NCBI RefSeq assembly: GCF_001194135.2
Contig: NC_068983.1
Coordinates: forward strand, 85,371,517-85,435,516
Source of the DNA: Octopus bimaculoides
Taxonomy: Eukaryota
DNA length: 64,000 bases
Direction of reading: 5' to 3'
Part shown: piece by piece, positions 12,907 through 26,974 of the stretch
Layout of the letters: each line of letters starts with the position of its first letter
How positions within the stretch are numbered: the stretch's first letter is position 1
Program-made: the position numbers and the translations under genes
The notes under the pieces: model-generated
The model's input: the letters and a program-made list of their open reading frames with translations, nothing else
What the model was told of the DNA's origin: nothing
Database searches by the model: none

Positions 12907-14377
12907 GTTTTACACATCAATTCCACAAGCAGATAATTCAGATGAATGAACAACCGAATCCTCATTGTTGAAACTGACAGACAACCATCCTTGTCAGCAT
13001 CAGCTAGTAAGTGTTTGTACACATCTGTATGTGCATACAGGTGCATGTGTGCATGCATGCTTGTGTTTATATTTGCTGTTTCCTGCTTAAATATCACCGT
13101 GTGAGATGTATATATAATAACTATCAGAAGAACCCACATAGGATTGTATTTTCTACTTAGTTTTAATTTCATATTATAAAATACATGTTACACAGATTCC
13201 TCAATTAAATTCATATCATTTTATTACCCAATGTCACACTTCAAGAACAGGTTGCTTTTGTTCATGGATAAGCTTATGATTAGAAGAAATGGGCTTAACT
13301 CCTGATCAACCTTTCCCAAGCTAACTTATAATCAAAGGAATTCCAGCCTACACCATCCCAGACATTTTTTTATATATTTTTCTCCAAGCCTAATACACCA
13401 AGGCAACCCCAGTTCCCCAGGTCTAGTACATACAGGGACTTAATTATTGTAGAATACTTTAACCATGTGTGTGTGTGTGTGTGTGTGTGTGTCTGTGTGT
13501 GTGTGTGTAAATAAATATATATATCTCGTCATCATTATTATTTAACGTCCGTGTTCCATGACTAAATTATTCTATGCTTTTTTTTTTTAGTTTTGAAAAC
13601 ACAGGGACGTAATTTTAGGTGCATAGGATTTGGCAACTAGTATCAGCAGGTCAAGTGACTGCGTAGAGGCTTATTTGTTGGCCTGTAGATTAAATAAGTA
13701 CATGGTTGTTATTAAGGAGTGGGGGGGATGTGTTCTGAGTTAGGCATTCTCTTTTTTTTTTAACCTTTTTTAAATGTTCTACTTTGCGACAGTTGTGGGT
13801 GGATGGGTGAATGGTTGAGTGGGTTTCCTTCTGTTTTCATTTTTTTCTTCTTTTTTTTTTTGGTAGCAAAATAGCTTGAAACGGAAGAGAGGTGTCAGGG
13901 AGGAGGAGAGAGTGGCAGGCAATGACATAATCACTCAACTATATAGACACATTGGAAGCATAGATTTGAAGGAAAATAGTGACCAACGGACAATTTAACA
14001 TGAATAATCTCAGATCCTTTTACATATAACACAATAACACATACATGTGTGTGTATATACAGACGCGCATGCATATACATACAAAAATATACATACACAC
14101 ACACATANNNNNNNNNNNNNNNNNNNNNNNNNNNNNNNNNNNNNNNNNNNNNNNNNNNNNNNNNNNNNNNNNNNNNNNNNNNNNNNNNNNNNNNNNNNNN
14201 NNNNNNNNNNNNNNNNNNNNNNNNNNNNNNNNNNNNNNNNNNNNNNNNNNNNNNNNNNNNNNNNNNNNNNNNNNNNNNNNNNNNNNNNNNNNNNNNNNNN
14301 NNNNNNNNNNNNNNNNNNNNNNNNNNNNNNNNNNNNNNNNNNNNNNNNNNNNNNNNNNNNNNNNNNNNNNNNNNNNN

Positions 14378-14418
<41 letters not shown>

Positions 14419-14660
14419 GTATGCAGACATACATACGCAGACTTACGTACATAAATATATATACACACACTCCCACAAACAAATATACAACATAATTCAC
14501 TAAATGTGTTGCGTAAGAAGGGAAAAATTACAAAGAATGGAAGAAAAAAGAACAAAAAAGGCAAAACTACAAAAACACTATGTTGTGACAACAAACCACC
14601 CAAGTTCCTCTCCACTGACTTTGACAGGGAGGCAGGACAGAATCACAAGAGTGTACTTAC

Positions 14661-14906
14661 CATCAATTCGTATTTGTGCCGAGAAAAAAGTTGGTAGTGC
14701 CATTTGTAAAAAGGTAAGCAGTCCACAAATAGTGACTTAAAGGTTGTCATTTTAACAGCATCAGCAGAAGTAGCAGCAGTTGGTGTTGTCGTCGTAGTTG
14801 TTGATATTGTTGGTGTTGTTGTTATTGTGGTGGTCGTGGTATTTGTTGTTGTTGTAGGGGTTGTTATAGCTGTAGATGCATTGTCTTTGCAGAGCAATGC
14901 TACCAT
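14661..14906 (-). CDS. Candidate coding exon (Thr-rich N-terminus, then FKSLFVDCLPFYKWHYQLFSRHKYELM)
   Basis: 82 open codons from ATG to a strong phase-0 donor ATG|GTAAGT (14660). Product not recognised; the Thr tract inflates ORF length. Confidence 0.3.
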
Positions 14907-15281
14907 AATGCTACGTTGTGGTAAAACTCATATATATATATATATANNNNNNNNNNNNNNNNNNNNNNNNNNNNNNNNNNNNNNNNNNNNNNNNNNNNNN
15001 NNNNNNNNNNNNNNNNNNNNNNNNNNNNNNNNNNNNNNNNNNNNNNNNNNNNNNNNNNNNNNNNNNNNNNNNNNNNNNNNNNNNNNNNNNNNNNNNNNNN
15101 NNNNNNNNNNNNNNNNNNNNNNNNNATATATAAATACAAACACACACACACACACACACTCTCTCTCTCTCTCTCACTTAGATGTAAATATATGTAGACA
15201 TATATGTTCAGATTAACTATCCATTTATATATATGATAGAAGAAATATATGTGTACATGTATATATATACATATATATGTA

Positions 15282-15313
<32 letters not shown>

Positions 15314-15455
15314 ATGTATGAAAAAGTAGTTATATCATTTTGAAACAAAACTATGTAGGTTGCAAATAAATTAAACACACCCACACACACCCAGACACAC
15401 AACACAAACACAAAAACGCACGCATGCACACACACACACACACACACACACTTTT

Positions 15456-15501
<46 letters not shown>

Positions 15502-15577
15502 TCACACAATCAAAACAACAACAAAACAAACGACTTGGAAATTACACACCAGAATGAGAATTCCTTATTGTTTGCAG

Positions 15578-15930
15578 ATAGCGAGCAACAACAACAAACA
15601 CCATATTATCATCAACCAACACCAACACCACCACCGCCAACACAGTCAGTAACACCAACACCACTTCCACAGCCAAATTCAATGTCAGTATATTCCATGG
15701 ACACACCAAAAAGACTTCAGTGCTAGCAACTAAACCAACAGACAACGCCACCTAGCAAAAAGCAGCAGCAACAGCTGCTGCTGCTGCACATAGAAACACG
15801 AAGATCAGGAGCAAAATCAGCAGCAACAGCAACAACACCAATAACAACAGCAACACCAGCAGCAACAACAATATCAACAGCAGCATGCAAGTGAAGCAGA
15901 CCCACAAAAAATTTGACACAGGACAAAGTA
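15578..15930 (+). CDS. Candidate exon, Q/P/T-rich (DSEQQQQTPYYHQPTP...KRLQC*), possibly partly UTR
   Basis: Acceptor TTCCTTATTGTTTGCAG| at 15577, donor |GTAAGT at 15931, stop at 15724-15726 in the best frame. Confidence 0.25.
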
Positions 15931-16800
15931 GTAAGTTTTTATAACACTTTTTAATAATCTTATTTTCTTAAAAGTTCTCAATCTAAATCTTTCTATAAAA
16001 TTTTGATTTATTGTTGCTGTTATTATCATCAATATCATTACTACTACTATTAATATTATTATTATTTATTATTATTATTATTATCATCATCATCATCATC
16101 ATGTGTTGTTGGGATACCTGAATTTTGATAAGACAAAAATTATTGATTGTTGGTTGTCAGTGCTGCTACCATACTACTGAGCTTTTTTAATTAAACCTGA
16201 ATAAGCCACCCAAAACCACATACACACACACCCCTAATGGACTGACTAGCTTAGTCTAATTTGCTGCAACAAGTTACCCAAATAGGTGCACAGGTAAATC
16301 TAATAACCTTAACTTCTACAAATGTACCAGACAATTTCCACTGGCCCACATGGAAAGAAAGCGGTGTGTGCATGTATGCATATAGAAAGTGGGGTGCAAT
16401 GCAAACAGACTAGGCTGATGCAATACAATATGTTATCATCACCACGGCAATCAGAAATGAAGGAGGCATGTGGGGAGGGAGAGGTGGTGACGAGAGGAGG
16501 AGAAAGTTTGATAAAAGTGTCGAAATATTCACACAAGTTGCATCGCTGTTTTGCAGACACAGTAGAGTGAGTGGAAAAGAATTAGAGAAAGTTGGTGAGT
16601 GAGTGAGTGAGTGAGCGAGTGAGATGACTATGAAATTAATTACGTATTTAGAGTAAATTGGGTAGAATTGTACAAGTCTGCTAATGAGATATGAAAAGGA
16701 AGAATGTCAGAAATACTACCACTTGTACTGTGATAAGAGAATAGGCATTTAAAAAATATTATTTTTTACTTTTGTATTCATGAAAGCATGTGACCAAGCA

Positions 16801-16834
<34 letters not shown>

Positions 16835-16935
16835 CCAGCATACACACACAAGGAGAAAAAGAATAAAATCACACAATTAGAAAAAAAGTGCCACTACTAG
16901 AAAACCATCAGAACACGCACACATACATATGTATG

Positions 16936-16997
<62 letters not shown>

Positions 16998-17034
16998 TAG
17001 ATACATTTATACATATATATAAACATATACATAC

Positions 17035-17077
<43 letters not shown>

Positions 17078-17277
17078 AACACACTCACATATAAACACAC
17101 ATAAATTTCTGTATGAGTTAGAGTTTGAGAAACCAACTAAGGGATAGTACCTATCCAATATACTGCTGGCAGTGTACCCAATTATTCACACCCAAGTGCT
17201 GGTTATTGTGTGGCAATCTCGCAATTGAGTGTTATATATGGGCGGGGGTAAAAAGTGGTTTACCCTTGATTTATATG

Positions 17278-18125
17278 GCAAATAAGAAAGTAGATAGGAT
17301 ACAAAATCGACAAACATCAGCTGGGGAAACATTCCAGTATGTCTATTTATTCCAATGTATGTAACACGGACCATACCCTCAAAAAACACCTCTGAAGCTC
17401 TATGTAAACGTTATGTGAACTACTGCCTAAAATTATCCTTCCTGTATAAACTCCTCTTCAGAATGACTATATTCACCTATCCACCCCTGGCCAACTTAAC
17501 ACAGGAAGTCTGTACCTTATTTCCCCTTGCTATACCCAAATCATTATACTAAAATGTACTTCACTTACGTCCTCTTCCCCGTTCATATTCTTACCCCTAT
17601 TCTTTTTCTACACTAGTATTTAAAAAAACAAACACTGTTACTATTATTAACTTTTTTTTTTTGTAGGTGTTAGCCCNNNNNNNNNNNNNNNNNNNNNNNN
17701 NNNNNNNNNNNNNNNNNNNNNNNNNNNNNNNNNNNNNNNNNNNNNNNNNNNNCCTAGATCCTCTAAAGAGGTCTAGGGGCACCTTCATTATCCAAGCCTT
17801 ACCTGCTCATCCCTACATAACACTGAAGAGATGGAGATAACCTGGAAGATTTCGTTGCCTCTTGGCAGAAACGGCCGTAAGGAACTAGCATCTACACACC
17901 CATTCAGTTTCACTAACAAACTGTTCCTTTACTCAATCATCTGTTCCTATATGATTATATACTTCCACACCCGTGCTTTTGCAATTACCAACTCTTTCTA
18001 TTTGATAATCTGTACCACTAATACATGAGTACGTATTCATCTAATACATTGGAATAAATAGACATACTGGAATGCTTACCAGCTGATGTCTGTTGATTTT
18101 GTATCCTCCTTACTTTCTTATTTGC
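17278..18125. mobile_element. Inverted-repeat-bounded cassette between (TA)n tracts, probable PLE-type inverted insertion
   Basis: Arm 17278-17360 is the reverse complement of 18044-18125 (about 83 bp, a few mismatches). Interior has CUGAAGA (17823) and GAAAC-GGCC-GUA (17868-17879) and an N gap. Confidence 0.55.
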
Positions 18126-18195
18126 AGTGTATACATATATATATATATATATATATGAAAATTTGTTCACTATTTTCGATAGAGTTTTTTGATAT

Positions 18196-18385
18196 TTAGA
18201 ATACAATCATAAGACTTTTATGGATTTCTAAAATTGCATTTTCAAAGTCAACTAATAGGGGATTATGTGGTGGATTTTTAAACGATTTGAGTCCATAAGT
18301 GTTATTAATATGGTCTTTTAGGGTTCCTTTGTTATCATAGAAGAATGCCTTCCATCTCATTGCTGATTTAATAAACAGATATATC
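18196..18385 (-). mobile_element. Fragment of the N-terminal region of a PLE ORF
   Basis: Translates LFIKSAMRWKAFFYDNKGTLKDHINNTYGLKSFKNPPHNPLLVDFENAILEI, recalling the RMRWKA...YGxKSxxxPP...FExDL motif upstream of the RT in GIY-YIG PLEs; (TA)n on both sides. Motif recognised from memory. Confidence 0.6.
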
Positions 18386-19965
18386 TATACATATACATAC
18401 ATATATATNNNNNNNNNNNNNNNNNNNNNNNNNNNNNNNNNNNNNNNNNNNNNNNNNNNNNNNNNNNNNNNNNNNNNNNNNNNNNNNNNNNNNNNNNNNN
18501 NNNNNNNNTGATTGAATTTGGTAGGCAGAAGTTACTGCCGTGTGTGTATATGTCTGTGCATGTGCTTGTGCCTCTCTGAAAAAGAGAGAGGGAAATGCAC
18601 ACACACACAGAACAAAAGTATACATAAGCAGACAATAGGTATCAGGTCAAATTATGACATATTTATACTTATACAGAGTGGAGCGCTTACACAAAGGAGT
18701 ACATAAAGCAGAAAATCAGGAAAAGTCTTGGCTGGAGTGTTCTTAATGTTTGCTACATAAACAGATAGACAACAGGATAAGGCACAAAGGAAATCCATAG
18801 TGTTGATATGAGATAGTTTGGTAGGTAGGTGAATAGTGGCACAAGTAAAAACTTTCTAAATGCACAAATTTGACCAGAGTGCTAATTGTATGTACCTATT
18901 GTCCTCCGTCATTGCACATTATATCACCCAGCTCCTGTCAAAAAAATCCAATCCATGCCAGCATAGAAAACAGATGTTAAATGATGATGATGATATATGA
19001 AATTGAAATAAGTACTAGTGGGGGGATCAATATGGTTGACTAAAAGGAATTGAGGGAGGTCCCTGAGCATGGCTGCAGTCCAAAAGAAGGGATGGTATTA
19101 TGCGATGTTCAAAAATTTAGAAATAAATTTAGAAAACACAAGAGTCCAAACTGAATAGCATCAACCATTTTAGTTTAGCCAAAACACTCACTGCCACTTG
19201 AAATGACAAAAAATTATTTTAGTAGAGAACAACCAGTTAACCAACATCATGACGCATGTCTACAGAAATTATGAGCCATATTGTGGTACATTGTGTTCTT
19301 CCAGCTACAAAATGCCAACAAATTATAAAATGATTCTTTGGGTGTGAAATACTAAATCGCTGTCATTCTGTTTCTAACTGCTGAATATTTCACGCAATAA
19401 AACGAAAAGAAATTGTTAAACTTATAAATGACATAGTAAGGTGTAAAAATAAGAAAAAAATAATATTGATTGTTTAGTAAATTGAGAATATTCAGATATT
19501 TACATGGCTATGTGAAGCTAAGCTGTTTATCTAACAGCTGGATATCCTTCACTCAGGCAATGAAACATTAGAGGTAGACATTTTCAGCTAGGTTTGGCTG
19601 ATGATGTGCTTAGCTTCAATAAACATATTTGTATGTGTGCGCACTCACGCGTGTGTATGTGTGTGTGTGTGTGTGTGTGCATGCATGTGCACACATGCAT
19701 GTGTGTGGTCTTTCATTTATAACAGTGATTCTCAAACAAACAAAATACCAACCACTCTCACATCCCCCACACCATGTATTAGTGACATTTTTTAGCCACT
19801 CCATTTTATTTTTAATCTTTTAGTCAGGAGAGGACAGTGTCCATGACCTATTAATAGGCTTCTATTATCAGAAGGTGGATGAGAAGATGGTATCATGAAA
19901 CCAGAAGCCTGGCCTGAATAGTTGCAACACAATGGACACTGCTAACAGCAGCATGCCAGTATTGA

Positions 19966-20159
19966 CCCTTTTGATATCCACCTACCTGAGACCATCTCTG
20001 TTATTTATGATACAAAACTTACATAAACATTCTATGTTAATTTACATTCCAAACACCAATTTAATAATGACAAAACTTATTTTACTAAATTCTTCATTAT
20101 TTTCAAAATTAATAGAAAGAACAGCAGTGTATTTCAAAAGAAATATGATAACAAAAGGG
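19966..20159 (+). mobile_element. piggyBac-type MITE family E
   Basis: CCCTTTTGATA...AACAAAAGGG|TTAA; homologous to 31310-31514. Confidence 0.7.
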
Positions 20160-21274
20160 TTAAACTGCAAAATGGGTTAAATCTACCCAAATAGGTCATG
20201 GCAGGATTTGAACTCAGAATGCAATGAGGCAGAACAAATAACACAAGGTATCCAGCCTGGCTTTCTTGCTGATCCATTCACCACCTTAGATTGACATTTT
20301 TTGTATAGGTAACCTTGAAAGGATAAAAAGCAAAGTTGACCTCAAAATGACTTGAACTCACAACATAGTGAGTTGAAATAAATACTGCAAAATATTTTGC
20401 TTGATACTCTAACAACTCTGCAAATTATTAAATCCTGGTTGTCAAGCTTGTATCATTATAGTTGTCATAACTCATGTATATATTTCTATAAGAAGTTGCA
20501 CACATCTAAACTTTGACAGATGGAAGATGAGGTAAATGATCCCTGCTGAGTCTTCAATAAAAGATAGAACTAGTTAATTCAGCCCTTGCTATGTTGCCAA
20601 AGCCTTTGTGGTTTATCCACAAGTTATTTCACAGCAAGACAAAATGTACATTTATTAAACATATTGTATATGACTGCTTCGTAGCAGCAGCTTTTAGCAA
20701 TCAATCTAATAAGATTTAGTCTTTTATTACGAATTTTAATCTTTGATACAAAAGAATAATTAAGAAAGACTAAAGTTAGCACTTAATAACAATACAATTT
20801 GAAGCACAAAGATATTGGTAATGAGAAGTAGGAGAACACTTGTAAAAGAAATTTTAATTAAAATTCTATCTTCCTGAATCATTACACATAGAAAGAAAGA
20901 CAAGACAGCATGCTGCAACACTCTGCTTTCCCCACCATTGCTTGCAGTACAGACTGAACTAAGTATTGACCAGAGAAGAATTTGGTCAATTGGATTTAAT
21001 CATTTCCCCCCTAACCTTCATCACTGATAGTGTAGTCATGTCATGACATGATATATGGTATACGATATGCTATGATGTATGGTTATGATATCTATGGCAC
21101 CAGAACCTTCAGTCGTGGTAACTGAAGCAATGTTGCTAGCTATTATATCATCCAATAAACAAATAATGCATCAGTTGACTTAACTAGATAGTAGTTAACT
21201 CAACTTGTGTGAACAAAGCATTGACTCAATAACTAACACTCTACCGACACTGATTGGTGTATGCATGTACATGT

Positions 21275-21379
<105 letters not shown>

Positions 21380-22429
21380 CTGGTGAAACTTAAGAGTATA
21401 TATATTTTTTATTTGGTTGTAAAGTTACATAAGTAACTCAAGGGCCAGGAGCTTCATGCACAGCACACATCAATATTGATAGTCCAAAGTATGAAACTCT
21501 TGACCTTTCAGTCACTTATGTAACTTTACATAAGTGTATATGTGTGTGTGTATATATATAATGTGTGTGTGTGTGTATGCATATTTGTGTGTGCGTACAC
21601 ACACACACACTATTTTATTGTGTTTCAGTCATTTGATTGTGGTGTTGCCCTGCTGGAGCACCACCTTCAAGAAACTAGTTGATTCCACTGATGCCAGTTA
21701 TTATTTTATCATCCATGGAAAGAGAAAAAGCAAAAATAACCTGGGTAAACTTTTAATTCAGAACATAAAGTGGTATAACCAAATACTGCACGGTGTTAAA
21801 TCCAATGCTCTACTGATTCTGCTACTTCCTGTCTCGTAGACAGACAGACAGGTCATCATTACACTCATCATTGTTTCAACGTCCACTTTTCCCCCACTTG
21901 CATGGATCAGATGGAATTCAGTAAAGTAGATTTTCTACCCTCAGATACCCTTCCTGTCGACAACAAGCAAGGTAATATTTCCCCTTGGTTGGGCAACTTT
22001 TCAAAGAAGACAAGTAAAGAATGACACTGCTTATGTCAGTGACATTCACTTACAGCTATTATGTGATGTCAAGACAAGGAGTCTCATGCATGCAGACACA
22101 CACAATGGGCTTCTTTCAGTTTCCATCTACCAAAACCACTCACAGAGAACTGGTCAGCCTATGACTATAGTAGAGGATGCTTGTCCAAGATGACACACAG
22201 AAACAGATAGAACAAGTAAAAAAAAAAAAAAAAACAGGAAAAGAAAAATGAGACAAAATCAGAAAATCTTGAGTTGTTTACCTTAAAACTCTCCCGAGAT
22301 TTGTCTTGTAATCTATCAATAGCAGAAATTTTCGGCCTCTCCTGAAAAGAAGAATAAAATGTAACTTGCAAGTTGTATCTTGCTAATGTTCTTTCTACAA
22401 GTATCTAATTATCTGTAGATGTGTGACTG

Positions 22430-23030
22430 TGTGTGTGAGTGAGTGGTTACTTGAGTGAGAGGTCACATGAGGGAATGGCTGGTGGCATGAGAGAGTGATT
22501 GCATAAGTGAGTGGTTGTGTAAGTGGCCACATCAGTAAGCAGCTACATGAGTGAAATGCTGCTTGCATGAGTGAGTTGCCATGTGAGTGAGCAGCCACAT
22601 AAGCAAGCTGCTGCATGAACAAGAGACCGCATGAGTAAGCAACTACATAAGTGAGCATCCGCGTCAGCGAGCAGCTTCATGAGCGAGTGGCCACATGAAT
22701 GAGAAAACAACCACATGAGCAAGCAGCTGCATTAGTGAACAGCCATGAGTGAGTGAGTATCTGCATGAGTGGATGGTTGTGCAAGATGGTGTATGAAAGA
22801 GAGGATAAGTGAAAAAGTGTGTGAGGTAGTGAATGGCTGTGTATGAGTCTGTGACAGGGAGGAAGAGAATGAGTGTGAGTGGGCGGGTATGTATATGAGT
22901 GAGTTGGTGAAAGTGAATGAGTTGTTATATGGGGTCAGTGGGCAAGTAGGTGGGTATGTGAGAGGGTGGATATGTAAGTGAGCAAATGAGTAGAAGAAAG
23001 TGGGTACATGAGAATGTGGGAGTAAGGAAT

Positions 23031-23061
<31 letters not shown>

Positions 23062-23330
23062 GCATGTGTGCAAGACAGGATGTATGTGTATGTGTGCATG
23101 GGTGTCAGTCTCTATGTGCATGTCACCATGAGCAGAAGTTAGTATGTTCATACAAGTATGTGTATATGTAAGCATAAATGTGTATGTAAATATAAGTATG
23201 ATTGTGTGTATATGTACACACCATGTGAGTATGAGTGTGCATGTGTGCAGACATGAGTGTGTATGCATACAAGCATGAGTGTATGCACGTACAAGTAATA
23301 TATATGCACAATTATAACATAAGGCAGCAC
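22430..23330. repeat. Degenerate GTGAGT/GCATGAGT-type low-complexity tract
   Basis: Recurrent CATGAG and GTGAGT words grading into (GT)n/(GTAT)n; gives His/Thr-rich spurious ORFs. Confidence 0.7.
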
Positions 23331-23689
23331 TGACATTTGTGTCACTTCAGCATCTTTCATCATGATAATTGATATTACTGATTTCTTACATAAATGGAAA
23401 ATTGCAGACATCTGAGAGGGACATTCATGCCTATTCCACACATAACTAGCAATATAGGTGAAAATATTTAACTGGGACATAGAAACCTGGTTGCAGTCTC
23501 AGTTTGACAATAGCTTATTGTCAAACTCAGTGATCCCTGCCAAATTGAAACTTATGAACCACAAAGATGCCTAGATGTGTAAAGGGATTTCTCCAACCCA
23601 CTGAATGTCCTTTCAGCCTTTTGTTATCATATTTCTGATGAAAAACAGTCTTTATTCCAATGTATATTGACTATTATGAAGAATTTATT

Positions 23690-24047
23690 AAAATAACTTA
23701 ATCAATATTCAGTTAGTGTTCGAAATATAAATTTATATCTTTATGAAAGATTTCGTTTCAGATCACTTTGACCCTTTAGTATTCAGATTACTCTGTCAAA
23801 TGTAATGCTTATTCACATTGTTTTCAATTAATCATGCATTATCTTGTAGCTTTGAGATTTGGTGTTTGTTTATTTTTATAACGACATTGTAGGATAGGTG
23901 CAAGAGGCCAGATCTGGTCAATTTGAACATAAAACAGACAGAATATTTGGCCGGATATGGCCAATTTAAATGCTAAAAGGTTAAATTAGGAAGTTTGTAT
24001 CGTAGAACTAAGGACAGTCTCAGGCGGGTTGCTTTCAAAAGGGTTAA
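23690..24047 (-). mobile_element. MITE family E interrupted by a family D MITE
   Basis: E-like flanks ...CAGATCACTTTGA| and |TTAAATTAGGAAGTTTGTATCGTAGAAC...TCAAAAGGGTTAA surround D at 23772-23980. Confidence 0.65.
23772..23980 (-). mobile_element. piggyBac-type MITE family D
   Basis: CCCTTTAGTATT...AATGCTAAAAGG|TTAA; reverse complement of 57178-57398. Confidence 0.8.
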
Positions 24048-24489
24048 AAATATAATTTGAGCTATGCTTAATGCGTAAAACTACATGGCCAAATTCCATA
24101 ACAGGTCACATGTGGTGATTTTAGTTCATTGGATGGGAATTTTTCATAAAAGGTTTTTTTCATGTTTTAATATATACATGTTAAACTAAAACCAATTTTT
24201 GTAACTCATAGTTCTATAAAAGTCAAGATTATAAAGGTTTCTGCTTGGTGATAAGAATGGTATTCCAACAGGTTCACAAGTATTAGAGTCTGGTACTTAC
24301 TACTGAGAGTATACTGCTCAATGGTCTTAACAACCATCTCAAAAATTACCAGTGCAATGATGCTGCTAAGCACACAATCTTGCTTATTAAAATTCAAGCA
24401 ATTCATATCTTAAAACAGCCAGACACTGTTAATAAATCACCCACTGTGATATGCATCAGATGTTTCCCACTAGTGTAGAATAAACACTA

Positions 24490-24640
24490 GGCACAGGCAT
24501 AGCTGTGTGGTAAGAAGCTTGCTTCCCAACTACATGGCTCTAGGTTCAGTCCCACTGGGGCAAATGTCTTCTACTATAGCCTCAGGCCAACCAAAGCCTT
24601 GTGAGTGAATCTGGTAGACGGAAACTGAAAGAAGCCCACC

Positions 24641-24712
<72 letters not shown>

Positions 24713-24910
24713 TTGTCTGTGTCCCACCCACCATCGCTTGACAACCAATGTTGGTGTGTTTACATCTCTGTAACTTAGCAGTTCGGCAAAAAAAGACCAA
24801 TAGAATAAGTACTAGGCTTACAAAGAATAAGTCCTGGGATCAATTTGTTCAACTAAAAGTGGTGCTCCAGCATGGTCACAGTCACATGACTGAAGCAAGA
24901 GTAAAAGAAT
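24490..24910 (+). mobile_element. SINE family A, full length with internal (TA)/(TG) tract
   Basis: Head, ACTATAGCCTCAGGCCAACCAAAGCC core, internal microsatellite, tail ...CAGTCACATGACTGAAGC. Confidence 0.9.
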
Positions 24911-26754
24911 AACTAGTGTCATCACTTGGATATTGGTTATTTTACAGGAATTAACATGTCATAAAAAGTAATGGTAGAGCTATCTTTGAACAGTTCAGGC
25001 ATAGCGCTTATGAAGGAGCAACAAATTGAACCTTTCTGAGAAATTTTGTCATTAAATGTTTAAAGTAGCAGTGACTGTAAAGCTTATTATGAGTGACCTG
25101 ACAAGTACAAACTGGTCAACCACAAAGGAATTTATCTTTAAAAGGAGCACAAAAGAACCAGGTGTTAATTACATGCTTCTCATCTGCAGTTATTTTGAAA
25201 GCTTTTGTCTGGCCAAGTATGTTAAAGTTGTGTGAAAGAATGCTCTGACAGGGAAGTGTAAACATAACCCAGCAGGGGACTCACCCTAAGGGGACAGGTT
25301 AATTCTTTATTGTCTGTCACCTGTTAGAAATGATGACTGATATTTGTCAATTGTTATGACCTATTTCAAGGTATGTTAAATATACCTTAAAACATATTTT
25401 TATTATCCTTACTATTAATACAGCTTCTTAAATAGAAAATGATAAGTGATAGGACCATAGGAGTTACAATTGTATTTTAAATTGTCCTCTATTGTGACTA
25501 GTGAATTTCTAAACCACAAGATGTTAATGTCCAGATTATATATCGTTGCTATTATGCAAAAGTGTTCTAAGTCCAAAACATTGCTTTTTCAGAAAATGAA
25601 AAAATAGTTTCAGCATTCCATTTCTTTTTACATTAGCAGCAGTATCAGCTTAACAATGATACTTTGTTGGGTGCATAAAATTGTAACTCCATGCATGTAT
25701 GATATTTTCAGTCAGAAATATTTTTGCAAAACTGTCATATATGGGACTTACTACACTTCTGGAAAATGCTAAACCATAGTACTACACTTTGACAATTTTC
25801 ATATCTTAGCATCTGAAGCAGCTGGAGATACAATAGTTTGACCAAAAGAACAGGCCATTGCAAACAAAATTAAGTATTGAAAAAAAAAATGCATTTGGCC
25901 AAATTTGGTCATAATAGCAACATAATAGCAACAATATATATAAAATTGTCCCTGGTTTGGAGGTGATGTTTTTTTGTATGTTTGTTTTCAAGGTCCAAAT
26001 TCCAACTTATGCATCAATACATTTGATAAACCATTACAGAGATAGAATGGTGTGAAACATGTGAAAGTGTACTGATTATATAAAGATTATAGATTACAAA
26101 AACTACACAGACAATTATTAAAAGGTTATTACAGTGATGTAGTAGATACAGAATAATTGGAGTATTGGGGGACAAATGACTAATATAATAAGACCACTTG
26201 AATGGTTCAGAATTCAGTTAAGGAAGGACAAGATTATTAAAGGTGAAAATAGCTCAGGAAAATTGGAGAGTGAAAACACACAAAAAAAGGATGATGAGCT
26301 GCATGTAAAAACAGCTAGAACAGGGGGGGGGGGCAGAGAAATAGGGACTAGTTAATCAAAAGAATACATAAAATACCTACTTGTGACTCCTTATCTCCCA
26401 CCACAATGCACATAAATATTTACATGTACAAAATTGTTACTGGCTTAAGAAACCAATTGTTAATACACAAAGGAAATATGAATAATTAAAATCGGACAGA
26501 ACATTAAAAAAAAGTCTTGTTTAAGACAAATATTTTCTTTAAAAATGAAGACTTTCATATTACGATAAAGAATATATATAATCCTCATTAAAGATAACAA
26601 GACAAAGAAAGAAAGATTATTTTATGGCAGGTTTACAGAAGAAAAAAAACACTGAAAAAAATAAAAATAAAATGAATGAGTTTCTAAAAAGCTGCTTGAT
26701 CTGATCAATGCAGCTGCCAAATTATCCTCAGTAATTATCCTCTAGCATCTTTAA

Positions 26755-26974
26755 CCCTTTTGCATTTAAACTAGCCATATCCAGCCCAAATATGCTACCT
26801 GTTTTATGATCTAACCAACCAGATCCAGCCCATCACACCTACCCTTCAATGCCATTCTAAAAATACACAATCCCAACATCAAAAATTATTGACTACAAAA
26901 TAATGCATGCTTAATTAAAATCAATGTGAATGAAAAAGCATTACATTTGACAGAATAATCTGTTAAGTAAAAGG
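26755..26974 (+). mobile_element. piggyBac-type MITE family D
   Basis: TTAA|CCCTTTTGCATT...AAAAGG|TTAA. Confidence 0.8.
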
